A stretch of 64,000 nucleotides of DNA from an uncultured Candidatus Saccharibacteria bacterium (GTDB lineage Bacteria > Patescibacteriota > Minisyncoccia > UBA6257 > GWB1-50-10): contig CAYISA010000002.1 in NCBI GenBank assembly GCA_964365955.1, positions 23,329 through 87,328 of the forward strand, written 5' to 3'. Positions 31,086-40,456 of the stretch are shown here, piece after piece (the stretch's first letter is position 1; each line of letters opens with the position of its first letter). A program made the translations under genes and the position numbers. Under the pieces are notes generated by a model. It did not search any database. It saw only the letters and a list, made by a program, of their open reading frames with translations, and was not told the DNA's origin.

Positions 31086-32493
31086 GTTCGATGATGGTAT
31101 TGGAACTCGACGATTTGAATTCTAAAAGAAACGTGGAAAATGCCAGGAAGAAAAATAAATTGAGGTAGGTGGGAAGTACGTCGAAGAGCACTAATCCTTG
31201 CACAAGATACGCAATCGGGATCGCGGCAATCAAGGCACGCTGAAACGATGATTTTTGGGAAATGAACGAATCCTGTTTTTTGGACGCGATAAAGAAACGC
31301 CAGTAAAAAACGATAAACATTCCCACAAAACTCAAAAGACCCACAATGCCCGTCTCGGCCAAGTAATCGAAAATCAAACTGTGAGCGCGGTCAAACCATG
31401 CCCCGAATCCATCCTTCGGAATAAAATAGCGCGTATCGAAATGGGTGTCGAAAATTTTAATATAGTTCTCCGGTCCCCAACCGAACACGGGGTGCACTTT
31501 AAATCCTTCCCACGCCACATTCCACATAATACGCCGTGTTGCGAATGTCTCCGCGGAAATGGAGACATCGAAAACACGATGACCTGGAATCGCCTGCACA
31601 AAAGGGGTATTTTTAAAATTGATCAAAAGCACCACCACGGCAATAAAGGCGACGACGCCCGTAATCAGCCACTTCCGCCATACTTTGTGACTGTAAGCAA
31701 ATAACAGCGCCGCAAAAACCGCCGACGCCACAAGTCCCATAAATGCTCCGCGCGTACCTGCAAGGAAAAAGAAAGCAAGAAAAATAGCGAGAAGTCCTAA
31801 GAGAATCCATGCGGAAGGTTTCTGTTTAAAATCTTTATATTTTTCTGCAAAAAAGTATAGGACATAATACACCATGAATGCCAAGAATACAGCTACGTAA
31901 GACGAGTTGCCGATGGAGCCTGCGAAACGAAATCCCGGAGTGCTGAATTTATCGCCAATAAAACCGAACATACCGAAATTCGCCAATACACCATATAAAA
32001 TCATCAGTGTTGCGCCCACGAAAAACCACCGGAGCGCTGTGTGCCATTGCTTTTCTTCATGAAATAAGAGCGACGTGAGAATAAAGAAAAACCAAAGATG
32101 AAGAATCTGAAACCCACCTTCACCGCGCTCAAAATTTGACCAAAACGACCACTTGGGATCGATACCGAAAAAAGATGCTAAGAGAAACGCGATCGTGAAA
32201 ACGGTAACCGCGATCGCGATCGGGGATCTGAATAAACTTTTCAACCGCGTCCAGAAAAACTCCGCCTGTTTCCCCCACAAAAGTCCCATCACGGTAAAAA
32301 AGAACGCCAGATCCACGGCGGTGCGGAACCAGACATATTTACCGACAATAAAAGGGAATAGCGTGGAGGTAGTGACAATCGCGACGGTAACGCCGATTGC
32401 CATCAGAAAAAATCGGGCAATTTTGAAAAAGTCGGGCATAACACTAAATAGTCGTTTATCAGTGTACTGTATTCGTGAAGTCCCTGCAACCAA
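31063..32493 (-). CDS. O-antigen ligase family (Wzy_C) polytopic membrane protein; candidate oligosaccharyltransferase or polymerase
   Basis: About 12 predicted TM segments; loop motif FDRAHSLIFDYLAETGIVGL matches the O-antigen ligase H-N-x-x-L...E-x-G signature. Confidence 0.7.
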   Translation of the reverse strand: MVAGTSRIQYTDKRLFSVMPDFFKIARFFLMAIGVTVAIVTTSTLFPFIVGKYVWFRTAVDLAFFFTVMGLLWGKQAEFFWTRLKSLFRSPIAIAVTVFTIAFLLASFFGIDPKWSFWSNFERGEGGFQILHLWFFFILTSLLFHEEKQWHTALRWFFVGATLMILYGVLANFGMFGFIGDKFSTPGFRFAGSIGNSSYVAVFLAFMVYYVLYFFAEKYKDFKQKPSAWILLGLLAIFLAFFFLAGTRGAFMGLVASAVFAALLFAYSHKVWRKWLITGVVAFIAVVVLLINFKNTPFVQAIPGHRVFDVSISAETFATRRIMWNVAWEGFKVHPVFGWGPENYIKIFDTHFDTRYFIPKDGFGAWFDRAHSLIFDYLAETGIVGLLSFVGMFIVFYWRFFIASKKQDSFISQKSSFQRALIAAIPIAYLVQGLVLFDVLPTYLNLFFFLAFSTFLLEFKSSSSNTIIEHARDSNR

Positions 32494-32552
32494 AATTAAA
32501 ACCGCCCCGAAGGGCGGTTTTAATACAGTTTTTTGCTACTGCAAAACCAGAT

Positions 32553-35500
32553 TTAGGTCTTCGCGGTAACCGTTCCGAGTGAAGGCGTACCATCAACATA
32601 CATGTTGCTGGTGGTATCGGACAAGTCAGAGTCAGCATTACCGGAGTATCCAAGATCGGACTCAAGTGCGTAGTAGATGACATTCCCCAACGCGCTCACA
32701 GAAAGCTGGAACGTGTTGTTGTTTGCCGCCGCTGCGCTGGTCTTGATCGTGAGATACCTCCAAGAACCTCCATCGAGCTTCGCTTCTGTAGGAGTAACTA
32801 CAGCCGTATCAAACGGAATCGTGGAAGAAGCGCCGAAGGTACCGGTGTTTGCCGCATACCCACTGCCGCTCGACCATGCCGATGTATCCGACTGACCGCC
32901 ACCCATCGCAGATGCGTAGATCTTAAAGGTTGTGGACGAAGAGGCAGTTCCACCGTTCGCAAACACAAATGTTGATGTCGCGAGGTAGACCGGAGCAGAA
33001 CCGTTATTGGTAACTTTGAAGATACCAACTGTGTTTCCACTACCCGTACCAATATCGACTGCCGTAAGCGGAGACACCGCGGAGATCACAACGTTTTGCG
33101 ATGTGACATACGTAATACCGCTCGCCGTCGGCGTACCGGTAATGGTCGCCGTTGTCGTTGCAGTGGTGTTTCCTTTCACGGCAATATCTGTCGTCGCCGC
33201 AATCGAGAACACATAGTCATTCGCCAAGATCGCAACACCACCGTTTGACACATCCGCTTTTACCGACATCGTCACACCTGTGACCGGCACCGGGGCCGAA
33301 AGCAGGTTATCCGTTGCGGTAAACGTGATCGTACAAACCGTTGCGGTGCAAGCATCAAACTGCGAGGCCTGTGCGACTTGGGTCGAGCCTTCGTACAAAC
33401 GAATGTTTGAAAGCGTCGTTGTCGCCAAAGCGCCCGCGCCTGTTGCGGTGATCTTCAAGGACGTAATCTTCTGCGTCTCAAACTGCGAGGTCATCTTCCA
33501 CGCAAAGTAGACACCATTTGCGGTACCCACGCTCACCACCTGCTTCTGGGAAGGCGATGCGCCACTACCAGAAACCAATGCGAGGTTGAGTTTGCCGGAT
33601 GCGACATGCGTCATCATCTGGCCAGTACCCGCGAACGTGATGTTCGTTCCGTGCGTCAAAGAGTTACCCGTAGAGATACCTGTTGCAACAATGTTTCCCG
33701 AAGAGGAAGCAATGTTGAACGTGCTGGTGGTTGTTCCGGAGAGCGCATCCGCCTTAAGGTGGAGCGTAACCGGAGCCACACGCGTCACAACAATCGGAGT
33801 TGTGAAGTCAAACGTTACGGTTACCGCATTGGTAGCGGTCGATCCGGTTGTCGGAAGCGGAGAAGTGTCATTATCTTTGTAGAGATAAAGATTCCCCACG
33901 TCCCCAACGGTCGGACCCGTATGCGTGACAATGATTTTTGTTACCTTCACATCCTCGCCGCCCGACTGGGCATTGAGCTGGAGGGTAGCATATTCATAGC
34001 CGTTTGTTCCCGCAACAACAGAGTTCGCGACCGGAGTCGAGAGTGTCGTTACTGCGAGTTTCGCGGCCTGAACGCCAACCGTAAGACCGCTCACGGTTCC
34101 CACGGAAGGATCCGTAAGATCATTTGTGATCAAGCGCTTTACCTGAAGAAGGTCAAACGCGTTCACTGTGTAGGTCGCGGTTGAGGCCGCACTGGAATTC
34201 ACAGAACCTTCTACCGAAATCACGGAGTCCTGACCGGAAGTCAGAATCGGATACGAAGAAAGCGTGATGGTCTGAACCGTTCCTGCTGTAGCGAAACCGG
34301 AAGCGGCTGCGCTGTAGACCGTTACGCCGTTTACCTTCACATAAACCGTGCCGGTAAGAGCAGTCGTAACCTGTGTGATCCCAAAACTAATCTGGCGGAG
34401 TTCCATGTTTTCACCCGTCGGCTTCGCATTGAATTTCGCGAGAACCACGTTGGTGGAACCAGGAACCACGGAAGCGCTCGGGGAGTCCGACGCGCGGGTA
34501 AAGGTAACCGAACCCGAGTTGATGGTATGAATGTTGAATCCATTACCAATCGGGAATGATGTGTCATTCGAGCCTACACCCGGAATGACGGATACGCCGG
34601 TTGATGCGCCACGAATATCAATATCGTAGTTGTTGTAAACCACGAACTCAATTTTGCGGCTGGTGCCATCAACAACTTTTGCGCGCACCGCGAAATCTTT
34701 CGTCAATCCCTTGTCAATGAAGTAGGGCGACGTGAGGTTAAAGACAATGTTCTTGCTAGAGGGCTGTGCCGTTGCAAGAACCGTGCCGTCCTGCGCTTCC
34801 AAGGTGATATCTTTAATATCCCTGTCGGAGGCAGTGTTGTACATGTAAAGCGTTAAGCTATGCAAGTAAATTCCCTCGTTGCTTCCAACTTCTTGAATTC
34901 GGAATTTTGTGATTTCCTGAACACTGTTCGGATCCACGTTCAACGACGAGGAACCGGTGGAGGTGAGCACATCAAGCGTCGTAGACGCAAGAGAGGTACC
35001 ACCATTCACAATGTTCATCGCATTACCGTTCAACGGAAATGCTCCGGAAACTGCGGTCGTGTCGGCGCCCACTGCGGAAACCGAGTTGAGGCCGAACGCA
35101 ACCGTACCGTTGTAATTTCCTGTAAGGAGGTTAAAGCGAACCGTGAGGTATTCCGTCGATCCTGCGCCAACCATGACCGGATCCATCGACATCGTGATCA
35201 AAACGGAGTTGTCGGCATTCACCGAGGTTACGACATTTCCATGCCGCATCCCCTTAGAATCCACGACATCCACGCCGTTCAAATTCGAATTTGCGAGAAA
35301 TCCGCTCTTCATGACGGAGAGGGACGAAACTTTCACGTTTTTGGAACCGGCAGTTAACTTCACCTTTAAGGCGGGGTTAAACGCGGTACCACTTCCGAGC
35401 GTGCGAGACGCCGGATTGTCCGATGCCAACTCCACCATCAGATCCGTTCCCACGGGAACCGGAACCGGTCCTGGTACGGGGATCGGAGAAGGAGCAGTCG

Positions 35501-35888
35501 CCATTGCGGCGCGGCTTTTCGGACCAAAGTAGCCAACCGCTGGGGTAATCCCATTCGCGCTCTGCCATGCGGCAAGAGCGGCTTTGGTCATAGGACCAAA
35601 GTAGCCGGTGGGGGCGGAAATTTTAAGGTAACCACCCGAGATCAAGACATTCTGCAGAGCCGTTACGTCAGCGCCTTTCGATCCGAGAGTGAGGTTCACG
35701 GAGAAAGTGTATGACGACGGAGCAGTTGCCTGCACAGCGCCCAATTTTGCTTGAAGCGCTGCGATTTGAGCTAAAATTGCAGCTACATCTGCGGAAGAAA
35801 GCGATTGTGCCGCCGCGATTCCCGAAAGGGACGCGATGGTCGCTACCGCTACTGCCACGGATGCAACTTTTCGTACTAATATACTCAT
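32553..35888 (-). CDS. 1111-aa secreted surface protein (S-layer-like): signal peptide, coiled segment, peptidoglycan-binding domain, Pro-rich linker, ~950 aa Thr/Ser/Gly/Val/Asn-rich beta-type region
   Basis: N-terminus MSILVRKVASVAVAVATIASLSGIAAAQS; PG_binding_1-like GSKGADVTALQNVL...GYFGPMTKAALAAWQSANG; PIPVPGPVPVPV linker; long low-complexity Thr/Ser-rich body. Confidence 0.8.
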   Translation of the reverse strand: MSILVRKVASVAVAVATIASLSGIAAAQSLSSADVAAILAQIAALQAKLGAVQATAPSSYTFSVNLTLGSKGADVTALQNVLISGGYLKISAPTGYFGPMTKAALAAWQSANGITPAVGYFGPKSRAAMATAPSPIPVPGPVPVPVGTDLMVELASDNPASRTLGSGTAFNPALKVKLTAGSKNVKVSSLSVMKSGFLANSNLNGVDVVDSKGMRHGNVVTSVNADNSVLITMSMDPVMVGAGSTEYLTVRFNLLTGNYNGTVAFGLNSVSAVGADTTAVSGAFPLNGNAMNIVNGGTSLASTTLDVLTSTGSSSLNVDPNSVQEITKFRIQEVGSNEGIYLHSLTLYMYNTASDRDIKDITLEAQDGTVLATAQPSSKNIVFNLTSPYFIDKGLTKDFAVRAKVVDGTSRKIEFVVYNNYDIDIRGASTGVSVIPGVGSNDTSFPIGNGFNIHTINSGSVTFTRASDSPSASVVPGSTNVVLAKFNAKPTGENMELRQISFGITQVTTALTGTVYVKVNGVTVYSAAASGFATAGTVQTITLSSYPILTSGQDSVISVEGSVNSSAASTATYTVNAFDLLQVKRLITNDLTDPSVGTVSGLTVGVQAAKLAVTTLSTPVANSVVAGTNGYEYATLQLNAQSGGEDVKVTKIIVTHTGPTVGDVGNLYLYKDNDTSPLPTTGSTATNAVTVTFDFTTPIVVTRVAPVTLHLKADALSGTTTSTFNIASSSGNIVATGISTGNSLTHGTNITFAGTGQMMTHVASGKLNLALVSGSGASPSQKQVVSVGTANGVYFAWKMTSQFETQKITSLKITATGAGALATTTLSNIRLYEGSTQVAQASQFDACTATVCTITFTATDNLLSAPVPVTGVTMSVKADVSNGGVAILANDYVFSIAATTDIAVKGNTTATTTATITGTPTASGITYVTSQNVVISAVSPLTAVDIGTGSGNTVGIFKVTNNGSAPVYLATSTFVFANGGTASSSTTFKIYASAMGGGQSDTSAWSSGSGYAANTGTFGASSTIPFDTAVVTPTEAKLDGGSWRYLTIKTSAAAANNNTFQLSVSALGNVIYYALESDLGYSGNADSDLSDTTSNMYVDGTPSLGTVTAKT

Positions 35889-36140
35889 TTCTAACTTATA
35901 TTTAACTTAATTATTTTTTATTTTGTATGGTTTCGACCTTTTTTTCTGATACCTGTCGCCCACGCGTTTCGACCCTGATACCATCAGGAACCGTTAGGGA
36001 CAGGGGTGATAATGATTGAAAAAAGAAAAATCCCGCTTTATTGGAGCGAGACAAAAAATAACGCTAATACCCCGACTGGGTGATAAACGCAAAACCGACC
36101 TAGAATTAGCGTATTCGGCCTCACACCAAATACAGCAATG

Positions 36141-36169
36141 ATATTAGTAAACAATCGTAAAAAGTGCAA
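36141..36169 (-). promoter_or_regulatory. candidate sigma70-type promoter for the surface-protein gene (-35 TTGCAC, 17-nt spacer, -10 TAATAT), giving a ~245-nt leader
   Basis: Read on the minus strand: TTGCAC-N17-TAATAT. Confidence 0.35.
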
Positions 36170-36257
36170 CTACCTAAACGCTCTCCCTCTATCGTAAGGT
36201 ATAACGATACAGGCGGGTGGAAGTTACGAGAATCGCCGAAAATCCAAGTAAAACGGA

Positions 36258-37010
36258 CTAAACAGACCACTGACTCCCCGCAAATATGAGGATAGCCACC
36301 CCAACAAAAAAAGCGAGTCCACGAAGAAGGAAGGGGATGTCCAACTTGCCGCGATAATGGGCTATTACGGAATCGCGCATGAGAAAGAGAATGAGCGTCA
36401 AAAACGCGGCGGCATTTAAAAATCCGAGCGGCAACAGTTTCAGAAAAAATCCTGCCTGAAGCGCCAGGAACGCAATCACCGCGCTTACAATCCATACTCG
36501 TCGCCTTCCTGCAATGTCAAAAAATCCAAAAGCGCCCCGAAACAGCAACAAAACGGCGCAGAAAAGAAAAAGTGCCGACATAAGGGCAAAAAATCCGCTA
36601 AAACTAAACGCCCATGCCGCAACCAAGAAAAAGAGGGTGGTGCTTAAAAGGGAATAGACAAACTCGCGTTGTTTTATGAAAAATGACGTAATTCCCACAA
36701 GAAAGAAAAAGAAGATAGTAAAACCGACAATGACCCATCCTATCGACGCGCTTTCGGGAAACGTCTCGGCGAGCGCTTTCAGTTCTCCTACGCTTAGAAT
36801 CGCGAAAAACCAGAACATAATGCGCGTACGCTTCCTCTCCGGCTGTTCCTGTAGATAAATCCAGAGCAAAAATGCTCCGTACAGCGTCCAAAACAAAAAT
36901 TCGGTGGAATCATACGTGCTCCACCATAAAAAACCGCCGAACAGCGCCGCTTCAAGCGCTAATCTCCACGCGATTCGCTGGGTTAAGAAAAACGTTAACT
37001 TTTTGACCAT
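36258..37010 (-). CDS. polytopic integral membrane protein (hypothetical)
   Basis: Multiple hydrophobic helices; no recognisable motif. Confidence 0.45.
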   Translation of the reverse strand: MVKKLTFFLTQRIAWRLALEAALFGGFLWWSTYDSTEFLFWTLYGAFLLWIYLQEQPERKRTRIMFWFFAILSVGELKALAETFPESASIGWVIVGFTIFFFFLVGITSFFIKQREFVYSLLSTTLFFLVAAWAFSFSGFFALMSALFLFCAVLLLFRGAFGFFDIAGRRRVWIVSAVIAFLALQAGFFLKLLPLGFLNAAAFLTLILFLMRDSVIAHYRGKLDIPFLLRGLAFFVGVAILIFAGSQWSV

Positions 37011-39603
37011 CTTTAATGTCGCCCCGGATCATTTTGTCCGCCAAGGCATCCACAATCAGCTTCTGAATCAGACGCTTAATCGGCCGTGCGCCATAATCGG
37101 GATCGAATCCGTTTTTCACGATATGCTCGCGTACCGAAGGTTTGATATGCAGTACAATCCCTCGCTCTTTCAGTCGCTCCTCAAGGCGCGTGATCTGAAT
37201 ATCCACGATTTTGCCGATCTCACCAGGCGTAAGCGGATGAAAAACAATCACTTCGTCCAATCGGTTCAAAAATTCCGGCCGGAACGTGTCTTTTAAGTCC
37301 CCCATCACCCGATCGCGGAAATCATCTTCCCGTACCTGCATCTCTTTCTTTTTGGAATCCCCAAACCCGAGCGTCGAAATTTCACGGAAATACGAGCTTC
37401 CGACATTGGAGGTCAAAATAATGATGGAATTTTTGAAATTCACTATCTTTCCCTTTCCATCCGTCATCCGGCCGTTATCCAGTACTTGCAGGAGAATGTT
37501 AAAAACTTCCGGGTGGGCCTTTTCGATCTCGTCGAATAAAATCAGACTGTAGGGCCGGTGGCGGACGATATCGGTAAGTTGTCCGCCTTCGTCATATCCC
37601 ACATACCCCGGCGGAGAGCCGATCAGGCGCGAAACGGCATGGCGCTCCATATACTCCGACATATCAATGCGGATCAGGGCTTTTTCGTCATTGAACATGA
37701 ACTCCGAAAGCGCTCGTGCCAGCTCGGTCTTCCCGACCCCGGTGGGACCAAGAAACATAAACGATCCCGACGGTTTGTCCTCGTCCGCAAGCCCCGCGCG
37801 GCTACGCCGCAAGGCGCGCGCGACCGCGTCAATCGCTTCTTTTTGCCCCACCACGCGTTTCCCGAGCTCTTCCTCCATACGGATCAATTTCCCCATCTCG
37901 GACTCCATCATGCGTTCTACCGGTATTCCGGTCCAGCGCGAAACAACGCCCGCAATGTCTTCCGCATCCACTACCTCTTTTATGAAGCGCTCGTTTTTAT
38001 CGGATTTTTTCTTTTTATTTTCTTCGGTCGCGAATTTTTTCTCGTACGCGCGATATTCTTTTTCCGCCGACGGCAACTCTCCATAGAGAATCTGCGCCAC
38101 GCGCTCCAGATTGCCTTCCCGTTCCGCAATTTCCGCCTGGCGGCGCAGTTCTTCGATCCGTTTTTGAAGATTATGAAGATTTTCGAACGTCATTTTTTCC
38201 GCGCGCCATTTCCCCTGAAACGCGTCGTACTCTGTTTTTAATTTTGAAAGTTTTTTATCGAGCTCCTTAAGACGCGCCGAAGGCTTCTTTTTGTTTTCTT
38301 TTTGAAAGGCGGAACGCTCGATCTCAAGCCGCGTAATATCGCGCTTCAGCGTATCCATCTCAACGGGAACGCTGTCGGATTCCAATCGCTGCGCCGCCGC
38401 CGCCTCATCGATCAAGTCAATGGCTTTATCGGGCAAAAAACGGTCGGTAATGTAGCGCGCGCTCAAATTCACCGCCGCGACAATCGCGCCGTCGTTGATT
38501 TTGAGCCCATGATGCGTTTCGTACTTATCTTTGAGTCCCCGCAAAATAGAAATGGAGTCCTCGATTGTCGGCTCTTCCACAATCACGGGTTGGAACCGCC
38601 GTTCGAGCGCGGCATCTTTTTCGATGTGTTTTTGATACTCTTTGGTGGTCGTTGCGCCGATTGCATGAAGCTCTCCGCGAGCGAGAGCGGGTTTCAGCAG
38701 GTTTGCGGCATCAAGCGCCCCTTCTGCGGTTCCCGCCCCCACAATCATGTGAATTTCATCGATAAAAAGGATAATCCGTCCTTGGGAATTCTGGATTTCT
38801 CTCAAAAACGCCTTCAGACGATCTTCGAACTCGCCGCGGAACTTTGTCCCGGCAATCAAGGATCCCAAGTCCAACATCACCACCTCTTTTTCTTTCAGCG
38901 ACTCCGGAACTTCGCCGTGAATAATCCGTTGAGCCAGTCCTTCCACGATCGCGGTTTTCCCGACGCCAGATTCACCAATCAAGACGGGATTATTTTTGGT
39001 GCGGCGCGACAGAATCTGCATCACGCGGCGCAGTTCTTCTTCGCGGCCGATCACCGGATCTAATTTTCCTTCCCGCGCCTTCTGCGTAAGATTCACCGCA
39101 TATTTTTCAAGCACTTGAAATTTGCTTTCGGGCGTTTCGTCCGTCACGCGCATGGATCCGCGCAACTGCGCGAGCGTCCGTAACAACACATCGCGGCGGA
39201 CGCTAAGTTTAAGAAGAAGTTCCTGCGCGGCGGACGGAATATCCAAAAGCGCAAGCAACAGATGTTCGCAGGAGATAAATTCGTCTTTCTGGCGAAACGC
39301 GATCTCCGCCGCATGATCCAGTAGTTTCATTAATTCTTGCGACAGATACATCTGGGCGACATTCCCGGTCGCGGTTACCGCTTTTGGAAGTCGGCGCAGG
39401 ATTGTTTCAAGATCACGGCGCAACGCATCCACATTCACATTCGTACGCAGGAGCATGGGCGCCACAAGCGTTTGCTCGTCCTCCAAAAGAGAAAACAAAA
39501 GATGGAGCGCTTTGAGTTCGCCGTGCTGATACTGGCTCACGAGCTCCTGCGCTCTCTGAAGCGCTTCTTGTGCTTTGATCGTAAATCGGTGGAATTGGGG
39601 CAT
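36952..39603 (-). CDS. clpB: ATP-dependent chaperone ClpB
   Basis: Clp N-domain, two AAA+ modules ([15 protein letters not shown]; [15 protein letters not shown]), long middle coiled coil. Confidence 0.9.
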   Translation of the reverse strand: MPQFHRFTIKAQEALQRAQELVSQYQHGELKALHLLFSLLEDEQTLVAPMLLRTNVNVDALRRDLETILRRLPKAVTATGNVAQMYLSQELMKLLDHAAEIAFRQKDEFISCEHLLLALLDIPSAAQELLLKLSVRRDVLLRTLAQLRGSMRVTDETPESKFQVLEKYAVNLTQKAREGKLDPVIGREEELRRVMQILSRRTKNNPVLIGESGVGKTAIVEGLAQRIIHGEVPESLKEKEVVMLDLGSLIAGTKFRGEFEDRLKAFLREIQNSQGRIILFIDEIHMIVGAGTAEGALDAANLLKPALARGELHAIGATTTKEYQKHIEKDAALERRFQPVIVEEPTIEDSISILRGLKDKYETHHGLKINDGAIVAAVNLSARYITDRFLPDKAIDLIDEAAAAQRLESDSVPVEMDTLKRDITRLEIERSAFQKENKKKPSARLKELDKKLSKLKTEYDAFQGKWRAEKMTFENLHNLQKRIEELRRQAEIAEREGNLERVAQILYGELPSAEKEYRAYEKKFATEENKKKKSDKNERFIKEVVDAEDIAGVVSRWTGIPVERMMESEMGKLIRMEEELGKRVVGQKEAIDAVARALRRSRAGLADEDKPSGSFMFLGPTGVGKTELARALSEFMFNDEKALIRIDMSEYMERHAVSRLIGSPPGYVGYDEGGQLTDIVRHRPYSLILFDEIEKAHPEVFNILLQVLDNGRMTDGKGKIVNFKNSIIILTSNVGSSYFREISTLGFGDSKKKEMQVREDDFRDRVMGDLKDTFRPEFLNRLDEVIVFHPLTPGEIGKIVDIQITRLEERLKERGIVLHIKPSVREHIVKNGFDPDYGARPIKRLIQKLIVDALADKMIRGDIKDGQKVNVFLNPANRVEISA

Positions 39604-39654
39604 AGGTTAGATGCTTACAGTATAAATTTTCCTTTCCTTATTTTCAAATATGTA

Positions 39655-39684
39655 TTGCGAAATTGAGATTGTGGGATATATAAT
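39655..39684 (+). promoter_or_regulatory. candidate sigma70 promoter (TTGCGA-N18-TATAAT) for the 39767 gene
   Basis: Near-consensus hexamers with good spacing in the divergent intergenic region. Confidence 0.4.
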
Positions 39685-39766
39685 GGAGCCATACGGATAC
39701 TGGATAACATTTTCTTCCGTGATTCGTAGTATTCTAGGCAAAAGGTCGAGGTCAAAATTATAAAAT

Positions 39767-40387
39767 ATGAAACATACAGTAATTTTATTGGGAGGCACGC
39801 TACTTATGATGGCGATGCCGTTCCTCGCGGGCGCGCAAGTGACCCCGGCGCAGACATCATGCGCCATACCAGCGAACCCAACAACCGCAAGTGACTGGAC
39901 ACCAACCGTCACCTGCTTGATGCAGAGAATTTTTGCTATAGAAGCTCGTCTGGCAAAGATGGAGACGCAACTCGGCGTGGGAAACGCGGGAGTTCTTCCG
40001 TCAATCGGAGCACCGACTCCGGCCCTCTATCCAGCTAATCCGACAAGCGGATCAATCCCTCCGAACTACGGCGTCCCGACACCAGTTGGCCCCTATGTAG
40101 GAGGAAGCGGCTCGGCAGGCGTCGGTACCGCAATGGTGTCGCCTTCTATGGTGACTACGGTTCAGAATTTCCTGAAAGCAGAGGGATCATTCGTTTATCC
40201 CACCGCTACAGGATTTTTCGGGCCTATCACCCGGGAAGCGCTGAAACAATTCCAGGAAAAACAAGGGCTTCCGGCATCAGGAGAAATTGATGCGGCAACC
40301 TTGAATAAGATGAAGATGCTTGCACCTACGATTGCGCCCGGCATGTCTTCGCAAATGCAAATGATTACCATCCCTTCAGTTCGATAA
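39767..40387 (+). CDS. small secreted protein with coiled segment and C-terminal peptidoglycan-binding domain
   Basis: Signal peptide MKHTVILLGGTLLMMAMPFLAGAQ; PG-binding-like ATGFFGPITREALKQFQEKQGL; same module types as the giant protein. Confidence 0.6.
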   Translation: MKHTVILLGGTLLMMAMPFLAGAQVTPAQTSCAIPANPTTASDWTPTVTCLMQRIFAIEARLAKMETQLGVGNAGVLPSIGAPTPALYPANPTSGSIPPNYGVPTPVGPYVGGSGSAGVGTAMVSPSMVTTVQNFLKAEGSFVYPTATGFFGPITREALKQFQEKQGLPASGEIDAATLNKMKMLAPTIAPGMSSQMQMITIPSVR

Positions 40388-40403
40388 ACCGGAAAAGAAA
40401 CAA

Positions 40404-40446
40404 GAAAAACTCCCATCTAAACATAGGTTAAGATGGGAGTTTTTAT
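40404..40446. terminator. bidirectional rho-independent terminator
   Basis: 10-bp stem ACTCCCATCT/AGATGGGAGT with A-tract upstream and T-tract downstream. Confidence 0.6.
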
Positions 40447-40456
40447 TTAAGCGCTG

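Noticed and set aside
33007-35532. Several plus-strand ORFs (for example 33606..34184, 34860..35357, 35143..35532) antisense to the 1111-aa gene
   Set aside because: They lie entirely inside a long, high-GC minus-strand ORF that has a clear signal peptide and domain structure. This is typical of spurious antisense frames.
36121-36495. 124-aa minus-strand ORF overlapping the 250-aa membrane protein gene in another frame
   Set aside because: The longer ORF has a coherent TM topology, and the shorter one has odd composition.
37286-39316. Plus-strand ORFs 37558..38241, 37667..38086, 38302..39063 and 39122..39316 inside clpB
   Set aside because: Antisense to an unambiguous ClpB coding sequence. 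They have no motifs and look like GC-rich frame artefacts.
39604-39766. CIRCE or HAIR heat-shock operator upstream of clpB
   Set aside because: I searched the divergent region by eye for TTAGCACTC-N9-GAGTGCTAA and CTTGAGT-N7-ACTCAAG and found neither. Only a sigma70-like promoter for the opposite gene was seen.
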